In this document: positions 42,631 to 49,974 of the stretch, one piece after another
How positions within the stretch are numbered: position 1 is the stretch's first letter
Layout of the letters: every line of letters starts with the position of its first letter
Assembly (NCBI GenBank): GCA_963754315.1
Contig: CAVWFS010000012.1
Span: 1-49,974, forward strand
DNA length: 49,974 nt
Source: an uncultured Candidatus Rokubacteria bacterium
Lineage (GTDB): Bacteria > Methylomirabilota > Methylomirabilia > Rokubacteriales > CSP1-6
Direction of reading: 5' to 3'
Notes under the pieces: generated by a model
Told to the model about the DNA's origin: nothing
What the model saw: only the letters and a program-made list of their open reading frames with translations
Databases searched by the model: none
Made by a program: the position numbers and the translations under genes

Positions 42631-43823
42631 TGCGCTCGCTCAACCAGGTCGTCGAGATCACCGCCATCAACCTGCTCACCATCCCCCAGCGCCTCGGCAC
42701 CTCGCTGGTCATCGTCATCGGCATCGCCGGCGTGGCCGGCGTGCTGGTGGCCATGCTGGCCATGTCGGAGGGGTTCCGCCACACCCTGGCCAGCACCGGG
42801 CGGCCTGACCGGGTGATCATGCTGCGCGCCGGCTCCGACTCCGAGCTGGCAAGCGGCGTGCCGCGCACCCAGGCCACGTTGCTCGCCAACCTGCCCGGCG
42901 TGGCACGCGATGCCGGCCGCCGCCCGCTCGCCTCGGCCGAAATGGTCGTGATGGTGGATCTGCCCCGCAAGGGAGAGACGAGCCCCAACAACGTGCCCTT
43001 CCGCGGCGTGCAGCCGACAGCCTTCGCCATCCGCGAGGAGCTGCAGCTCGTCGAGGGCCGGCGCTTCGAGCGCGGCGTGCGCGAGGTGATCGTGGGCAGG
43101 AAGGCGGCCCAGCAGTTCGCCGGGTTGAACGTGGGCTCGCGGATCGGCTTCCGGGACAGCGACTGGACCGTCGTCGGCATCTTCACGAGCGGCGGGGACG
43201 TGCACGAGTCGGAGATCTGGGCCGACGCCGAGGTGGCCCTGTCAGCCTTCCGCCGCCCGGAATTTCAGTCGGTCACCGCCAAGCTCGCCGACGGCTCGGA
43301 CACCGGCCTCGCCGCCTTCAAGGACTCCGTCAGCCGCGATCGACGTTTCTCGATCGGCGTGCTGCGGGAGCCGGAGTATTACGCCCGTCAGGCCAAGCTG
43401 CTCTCGAACCTCATCAACATCCTCGGCTACACGGTGGCCACCTTCATGGCCATCGGCGCCACCTTCGGCGCCCTCAACTGCATGTACTCGGCCATCGCGA
43501 GCCGCCAGGTGGAGATCGCCACCCTACGCGCGATCGGCTTCGGCGGGTTGCCGGTGGTGGTCTCGGTGATGATCGAGGCCCTGCTGCTCGCGCTGCTGGG
43601 CGGCGCCGTCGGGGGCGCGCTCGCCTATGTCTACTGTGATGGCGCCTCGCTCTCCACGCTCAACTTCAACACGTTCTCCCAGGTGGCCTTCGACTTCCGG
43701 GTGACGCCGCGGCTGCTGGCGCAGGGTCTCGTGTGGGCGCTGGTCATCGGCACCGTGGGTGGGTTGCTGCCCGCCATCCGCGCGGCGCGGCTGCCGGTGA
43801 CGCTGGCGCTGCGCATCTCGTAA
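42630..43823 (+). CDS. ABC permease (FtsX/MacB family), second subunit
   Basis: [11 protein letters not shown]..., GALNCMYSAIASRQVEIATLRAIGF, GGLLPAIRAARLP. Confidence 0.92.
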   Translation: MRSLNQVVEITAINLLTIPQRLGTSLVIVIGIAGVAGVLVAMLAMSEGFRHTLASTGRPDRVIMLRAGSDSELASGVPRTQATLLANLPGVARDAGRRPLASAEMVVMVDLPRKGETSPNNVPFRGVQPTAFAIREELQLVEGRRFERGVREVIVGRKAAQQFAGLNVGSRIGFRDSDWTVVGIFTSGGDVHESEIWADAEVALSAFRRPEFQSVTAKLADGSDTGLAAFKDSVSRDRRFSIGVLREPEYYARQAKLLSNLINILGYTVATFMAIGATFGALNCMYSAIASRQVEIATLRAIGFGGLPVVVSVMIEALLLALLGGAVGGALAYVYCDGASLSTLNFNTFSQVAFDFRVTPRLLAQGLVWALVIGTVGGLLPAIRAARLPVTLALRIS

Positions 43824-43924
43824 CCGGACGGGCTCTGCACGACCTCGCCCTCATCCGGCGTCCCGTCTACTCTCGCGCCCGGAGGCGCCAGGCTGATAGC
43901 ATGGCGTCAGGGAACTGCTGAGCA

Positions 43925-44281
43925 TGGCTGATCAGCGAACAGAGGGCTCGCGGACTGCGACCCAGCGCCGAGGATCCTGTTCTGAATAGGATCGTCACTC
44001 GGCTCGTCGACACCTACCACCCGGAACGGATCTACCTCTTCGGCTCCCGTGGTCGTGGCGATTCCGGACCTGACAGCGACTACGATCTCATGGTCGTGGT
44101 TTCGGACGACGCGCCGCGACTGCTTCGGCGCGCCGCCCCTGCCTACGAAGCGCTCTGGGAGTTGCACACAGCCGTCGATGTCCTCGTTTGGACTCGCGAG
44201 GCGTTCGACTCGCGCCTCCATCTTCGCGCGTCGCTGCCGTCCACCGTCCAGCGCGATGGGAGGCTCGTCTATTCCGCCTGA
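43925..44281 (+). CDS. Minimal nucleotidyltransferase (MNT antitoxin-like)
   Basis: HPERIYLFGSRGRGDSGPDSDYDLMVVV...VDVLVWT; probable 5' frameshift; no HEPN partner downstream. Confidence 0.8.
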   Translation, partial: WLISEQRARGLRPSAEDPVLNRIVTRLVDTYHPERIYLFGSRGRGDSGPDSDYDLMVVVSDDAPRLLRRAAPAYEALWELHTAVDVLVWTREAFDSRLHLRASLPSTVQRDGRLVYSA

Positions 44282-45969
44282 TCCGACTCGTGCCGTTCAT
44301 CAGCCAGATGACGATGAGCGCCCCCGGCTGTGCCGCCAGAGGATGTCGGCCCTGCCGTCCCCGTTGAAGTCGCCGACCCCCTGGATGGTCCAGTCCGGTG
44401 GCACGTTGGCCACGGCGAGCCGATGCCGCCGATGCTGGTGCCGTTCATCAGCCAGATGGCGACCAGCCCGCGGCGTGCCGCCACAGGATGTCGGCCTTGC
44501 CGTCCCCGTTGAAGTCCCCCACCCCCTGGATGGTCCAGTCGGTGGGGCACGTTGCCGAGCGTCAGCCGCTGCCGCTGATGCTGGTGCCGTTCATGAGCCA
44601 GATGGCTGACGCACGCCCGAGGTTGCCGCCACAGGATGTCGGCCCTGCCGTCCCCGTTGAAGTCCCCCACACCCTGGATGGTCCAGTCGGGGCCGACGCT
44701 CCCGGGGCGACCCGCTGCCGATGATGCTGGTGCCGTTCATGAGCCAGATAGCTGGTGACGCCCGAGGCGTGCCGCCACAGGATGTCGGCCTTGCCGTCCC
44801 CGTTGAAGTCCCCCACCCCCGCGATGGTCCAGTCGGTGCCGACGCTCCCGAGGCGAGCCGGTGCCGATGATGCTGGTGCCGTTCATGAGCCAGATCGACG
44901 GTGGCGCCCGAGGTGTGCCGCCACAGGATGTCGGCCTTGCCGTCCCCGTTGAAGTCCCCCACCCCCTGCGATGGTCCAGTCCGGTGGCGACGTTCCCGGG
45001 CGAGCCGCTGCCGCTGATGCTGGTGCCGTTCATGAGCCAGATAGCGACCAAGCCCGAGGTGTGCCGCCACAGGATGTCGCCCTTGCCGTCGCCGTCGAAA
45101 TCACGCGGGCGCGTGGGCCCCGTGGGGCCCGGGGGCCCCGTGGGACACGACGAACTGAGACATTCGAGAGCGATCGTGAACGTCATCGCCTGATCACGGC
45201 CCGCCGCGTGCACCAGGATCGTGTACGTTCCGCTCTTCGTCAGTGTCGGGCTGATTCCGGCACTCCCAAATCTGCATACCTCGCTTCGGGCCCTAGGGGG
45301 CAAGCCCCCCTGGTCCTGAAACACCCCGTCAGGATCTATCAGCTCCAGGCAAGGGAAATTCCCGCCACCTGTTCGCGTGACCTGAATCTGCACCGTGCTG
45401 TCGGCCGCACCCGCAAATTGAAAGAGCTTGACACCCCCGACGTCGACCGGTAGACCGCTGAGGGGCGTTCCCCCATATCCCAATGGCGTGGCTAGCGGCG
45501 AGGGAGGGAAAACGCGCTCGAGAGACACTCTATACGGCATCAGATCGTTATCGAATTCGCTAACAAAGATCTTATGTGTGCCGTTCTTGGCAAGAATCAG
45601 CTCTGAACGAGCCACCGCGAAAGCACAGAAGAAACCCGGTCCCGTCAGGAGGTTATCCGGGTCGCGTAGCTCGAGGCACGGCCCTCCCGCCACGGGGACC
45701 GGCTCCGGCTCCGATAACGCCGTTACGACGATCAGGAATTTCTCGCCGGCCGACCCGGTGAATCTAAACTCATCCCTATCGCCAACGGGTTCGAGTTGAC
45801 AGGCGACCAAAGCACCAGGCCCAATATCCATGGGATCGCCCGTACACGGAACGACTTCGGTCGCCTCGCTCGCGGAGAGACAGACGGTCAGGAGAGCGAG
45901 AAGTCCACAGCACCTCGTCATGAATCGCCAGACGAACCCCAGCCCTTCTCGGGCGTCTCCGCGCACCAT
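44269..45969 (-). CDS. Secreted protein with two PPC-like domains and FG-GAP/VCBS repeats; 3'-truncated, frameshifted
   Basis: Signal peptide, repeated PCLELxDPD...GTxxI domains, PTGPPGPTGPT linker, GDFNGDGKADILWRH...IWLMNGT repeats. Confidence 0.8.
44291..45100 (-). repeat. Six ~147-bp FG-GAP tandem repeats
   Basis: TGCCGTTCAT recurs at 44291, 44439, 44585, 44731, 44877 and 45024. Confidence 0.9.
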
Positions 45970-45987
45970 AGATAGTCTCCTAGGGAC

Positions 45988-46258
45988 TCATAGCCCCGGG
46001 CGATTGCCGTCGTCGCGGCGGCGTCCTGCTTGATTCGCGGCGGTCTTCTTCGTGCCTCTCGGTCCAGTCATCTCCAGCAACTCCGCAACCGGCCGTCCGA
46101 GGGCCTTGGAGATTCGATGAAGCGTGCCCGCAGTGGGGATCGTGCCCATCAGCCGCGATCTCACTGACGTGCTCCCGGAGTGATGCTGGCTTTTGCTCTC
46201 CTAGGGCGGCCTCGATCATCCCTGCCGCGATCCTCCGTTCTTAAATGCGCGTCCCCAT
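45988..46258 (-). pseudogene. XRE-family HTH regulator remnant
   Basis: MGTRI*ERRIAAGM...ALGE...REHVSEI...P.AGTLHRISKALGRPVAELL with an in-frame stop and frameshifts. Confidence 0.6.
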
Positions 46259-46399
46259 CTTCTTCCGTCTGATCGTGATTAATGAAGTATTTTCTGCTGT
46301 AGCGGCTGAAGCTCCTCAGTACAGCAGCCGCCGCTCGATCCCCGGGTGCGCACTCACCAGAAGGAGCGGCCCGATCAGAAGGCAGCGTTCGAGCGTCTT

Positions 46400-47093
46400 G
46401 CGGTACCTCGACATGTACCCGGTGTTCACCATTGCCCCCGAGCACCGCGAGGCCTTCGCCAAGACGCGCAGCGGGGCGGTGGCCGGCCAGCGCCTGGTCG
46501 ACCGCTTTGGCTGGAAGCTCGGGCAGAAGCTGCCCATCAGCTCGGAGATCCACCCCAAGGCCGACGGCAACCTGCACTGGGATTCGACCTGGTCGGCATC
46601 ATCGCTCGCGATGCCGGCCGCTGGCCTCGGCCGCATCCTGGCGGCCGTGTTCTTTACCATCTTGCTTCTCACCGGCAACACCATGGCCCAGTCCATCCGC
46701 GAGCGCGGGGTGATCGTGGGGCAGGAAGGCGGCCCAGCAGTTTGCCGGGTTGAACGTGTTCGCGGATCGGCTTCCGGGACAGCGCCTGGACCGTGTGGCG
46801 CGACTGGCTTCGGCGGCGTGCCGGTGGTGGTCTCGGTGATGATGGAGGCCCTGCTGCTCGCCCTGCTCGGCGGCGCCGTCGGGGGCGCGCTGGCCTATGT
46901 CTACTGCGATGGCGCCTCACTCCCCACGCTCAACTTCATTATGTTCTCTCAGGTCGCCTTCGACTTCCGGGTCAGGCCCCGGCTGCTGGGGCAGGGTCTC
47001 GTGTGGGCGCTGGTCATCGGTACCGTGGGCGGCTTGCTGCCCGCTATTCGGGCGGCGCGGCTGCCGGTGACGCTGGCGCTGCGCATCTCGTAG
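46400..47093 (+). pseudogene. Mosaic, deleted duplicate of the two permease genes
   Basis: Segments match approximately 41786-41987, 42905-42940, 42253-42327, 43085-43171 and 43528-43823; ends exactly at the permease stop codon. Confidence 0.88.
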
Positions 47094-47111
47094 GCTCCGG
47101 GTCCTCGATCC

Positions 47112-48517
47112 TCACAGAGTTCGCAGGAAGAGCACCAGGTCTCGCTTCTCGGCCGCCGTCAGCTTCACCCCCAGGACCAGATTGAAGAACTCCACGGTGT
47201 CCTCCAGGGTCAGCAACCGCCCGTCGTGCAGATAGGGCGGCGTGTCCTTGATGCCGCGCAGAGGAAAGGTCTTGATCGGCCCGTCCGCGGAGGCCATCCG
47301 CCCGTTGATCAGTCTGCGGCTTGAAGAAGCGCTCCACGCGCAGGTCGTGCATGAGGTTATCCGTGTAGTAGGGCGACGTGATGGCAACTCGCGCACTGGC
47401 CTTTGCCAAAGAAGAGCGCCTGGCCGCGCAGTTCCTGCGTCGTGGCCTTCGCGGGATCGAGCTTGCCGAGCACGTCGAGCTTGGGGGCGGGCGGGAAGGC
47501 CAGGAGGGCTTGGAATTCCGCCATGAAGTGAACCTGGCTGCCGCGCTCCAGCACGTTGACACCCTTCTTGGTGGCGATCACCGGATCGCCGTCAAAGTAG
47601 GCCGCCCGTTGCTCGAACTCGGTGAAGTCCTCGACCGTCTTGAGAGCCCGCTGGGAGCCGAACAGCCGCTGAATGTTGACTCCGCGCAACGACGGGGTGT
47701 CGATCCGGTGGCGAAACTCTTGCGGCCGGATGTCACCTACCAGATGCGTGGCGCCGTTGGTGCTGGCCGTTCTGGTGGCAGTCGAAGCACGCCACGCCCA
47801 GGCTTGGACGTTCGCTGCGGCGGTCGTCGGGTGTTGAACTGCTGCTGGGGAAACGGCGTCAGCAGAAGCCGGAGTCCTTCCAGCTGTTTCGGGTTCAGGA
47901 GCCCGTTGAAGAGCTCGTAGAAGTTGTCGGTGGTGACGAGCTGGCCCCGCGACACGTCGCCCAGGTCGGGCCGGGTCGTCAGAAAGATGGGCGGCGGGGA
48001 ACTCGGGCAGGAACCGGTCAGGCAAATCGAAGTCGAGGTCGAAGCGGGTCAGGTCCCGCGCCGTCTGCTTCTTGATCTCGTCGATCTGGAAGCGCGGAAA
48101 GAGCATGCCCCCTTCCGGATGGTTCGGATGCGGCAGCGGCATGAATCCAGCCGGGAAGAGCCCTTGCTCGCGAATCTGCTCCGGTGTCGCGCTCGCCAGG
48201 CGGTCCCACGTGACCCGGCCGGGAGCTTGACCCGAACACCGTCCTGCACTGGCTTCCCCCGGCTCATGGTGACCCCGCTGCCGGCCGGTCGCTGAGGTCG
48301 TAGCGCGCGTTGAGCAGGTTCGTCTGGCGCGCCATGACGCCTGCCTTGGCCGCGCTCATCCGCGCGAAGACCGTCTTGAAATCCTCCTCCCGCACGGGCT
48401 GATAGCTCGACCGAGACGGATCGGCCGGAGCCTGGGCCTGGGCGTGGAGGGCAGCCCCCGAGACGAGAACACACCCAGGCCAACGAGAATCGCGACGCCC
48501 ACCCAGCTTCGACGCAT
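47112..48517 (-). CDS. Di-haem cytochrome c peroxidase/MauG-like secreted protein (frameshifted)
   Basis: CFDCH and CASCH haem motifs, IDTPSLRG, IKTFPLRGIKDTPPYLHDGRLLTLEDTVEFF; signal peptide. Confidence 0.85.
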
Positions 48518-48559
48518 GTCTATGTCCCCCTTCGCAGTCCCCAGTGACCACCGATTGCG

Positions 48560-48574
48560 GCAAACGACATGCCA
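48560..48574 (-). promoter_or_regulatory. Sigma54 promoter of the cytochrome gene
   Basis: TGGCATGTCGTTTGC on the minus strand, about 45 bp upstream of the ATG. Confidence 0.7.
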
Positions 48575-48751
48575 GCGATCTTAGCCTAGAAATCGCTTAG
48601 GCCGGGGCTCCTGGCACAGGCGTAGCGGCCCGCCTCCTCCCCTGCCCCGCCAAGCGGCAGGCGGTGAGGATACGCGCGGATTTTTCCTATGCGCACCATC
48701 TCGCGATACGGTTTCGGCTACCCGCACATTTGCGACTCGCAGGATAGCGAC

Positions 48752-49920
48752 TTGGAGAACCCCTTCCCGGCAGGCACCATCGTGACCGGCGACGACTTTG
48801 CGAATCGTCGGGACGAGGTCGCCTTCTTGCGGGAGGAGCTCCGGCAGGGGGGCCGCGTATTCCTCCTCGCCTACCGGCGGTTCGGCAAGACCTGCCTCAT
48901 CCACGAAACCCTGCGCCGGCTCCAGGTCCGTGACCACGTGCTGACGGCGTACGTCGACCTGTATCGAGCGAACTCCGAACGGGAGTTGTGGGAGCTGTTT
49001 GCCAACTCCCTGCTCGCCGCGAGCCGCTCGCCGCTCACCAAGCTCGTCGTGTGGGCCACCGAGTTCGAGCGAGCGCTTCCGCCCGCGATTCTCCATCGAC
49101 CCCCACACCCAGCAGCCCGTGGTCACGCTCGATGCGCCCAGAACCCCGTCCGAGCTTGCCAAGGTGCGCGCCTGGGCGCTTGAGCTGCCATCCCGGCTGG
49201 CCCAGCAGCAGGGGCGGCCGATCGTGGTCGCCTTCGACGAGTTCCAGGAGTTCGCGCCTTCGATGGTGCCCGTCTGGAAAAGACGCTCCGGTCAGCGTTT
49301 CAGAAGCCACCGTGGCGTGGATATCTCTTCGCGGGGTCAAAGCCGCACCTCCTCCGCGAAATGGCCCAAGAGGAAACGCCTTCTATCGATTTGGCCGATT
49401 GATGGAGCTGGGCCCGTAGCGGAGACGACTGGGTGCCCTACCTCACCGCCCGGTTTCGCCGTGGGTCGGTGGATGTCGCGCCGGAGGTGGCGCGGACGAT
49501 CGTCGCCTGCGCGGAGGGAATTCCGTACTACGTAATGCGGGTCTCCCGCGCGCTGTGGTCGCGCGGTGTCCACGCTAGACGGCTCACCGAGAACGATGTG
49601 GAGACACTTCGATGATCTGGCGGCCGAGGGCGATCAGCTATTCGCCGAGGCTGGGACGCACTCACGCTCACCCAACGACGCTCGCCGGCCGCCGTCGCGG
49701 AGGGACGAGGCGACGCGATGTCCGCGGAGCGAGTTCGCCAGGCCTACGAGCTGGGCCCGTCTTCGACAGTCGCGCGGAGCCTCGAGCGGTTGCGGGAGTT
49801 GTCGTTCGTCGTACGCGACCGCTGTGCCGTCGCGCGCGGGGATCAGCTATCGGATCGTCGATCCCTTGCTGCGCGCCTGGGTTCTCCGCGGGCGCCCACC
49901 AGCGACGGACCGCGACAGTA
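48752..49920 (+). CDS. Archaeal-type AAA ATPase (heavily frameshifted)
   Basis: ENPFPAGTIVTGDDFANRRDE, AYRRFGKT, YVDLY, VVAFDEFQE, EGIPYY, C-terminal wHTH-like LGPSSTVARSLERL. Confidence 0.75.
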
Positions 49921-49974
49921 GCCCTGAGGGCACTCGAGAATCGACGGCCCCCGCGGCGCGCACGATCAGGCGAC

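Noticed and set aside
44291..45100. Regular ~147-bp repeats as a CRISPR array or DGR
   Set aside because: The units are codon-preserving FG-GAP protein repeats without unique spacers; no cas or reverse transcriptase gene is present.
46245..47093. 282-aa ORF as a functional third permease
   Set aside because: It is a patchwork of deleted permease fragments, partly out of frame, with an unrelated N-terminus.

Overview
GC-rich bacterial window with frequent single-base indels, probably a long-read metagenomic contig; the gene content resembles Methylomirabilota/Rokubacteria, but this cannot be proven from sequence alone. (1) 1-9335 is the right end of an integrated phage/ICE-like element abutting a 5'-only tRNA-Arg(CCG) fragment. 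It carries a replication module (zinc-finger protein, Hjc-like nuclease, degenerate HNH, Prim-Pol/PriCT probably fused to a DnaB helicase, replication initiator) and an unusual envelope operon (membrane-tailed AAA+ ATPase, half-length TolC, YdjM-type hydrolase fused to an HlyD-like adaptor). Both operons lie downstream of copies of the same ~200-bp sigma54 promoter plus triple-repeat module. (2) 9.4-29.8 kb is mostly core chromosome: DUF3455, globin, SARP/BTAD-ATPase regulator, tRNA-His, rfbD, SDR, two paralogous secreted proteins, tRNA-Pro, rdgB, rph, amidase, rfbA, rfbB, HAMP-fused otsA, HAD-ATPase, nfeD-floA. (3) 29.8-47.1 kb is an insertion hotspot around a MacAB-like ABC operon: two attC-flanked toxin-antitoxin cassettes with no integrase in view, a ~7.5-kb glycan-modification island with an IS110 scar, and two cargo blocks (RHH-MazF; MNT, FG-GAP protein, XRE), each bracketed by diverged, deleted duplicates of the ABC genes. 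(4) 47.1-50 kb holds a sigma54-preceded di-haem cytochrome c and an archaeal-type ATPase. The best candidate for an undescribed system is the sigma54-controlled AAA+/half-TolC/YdjM-HlyD operon on the mobile element. All family assignments are from motif recognition by eye; no database searches were run.
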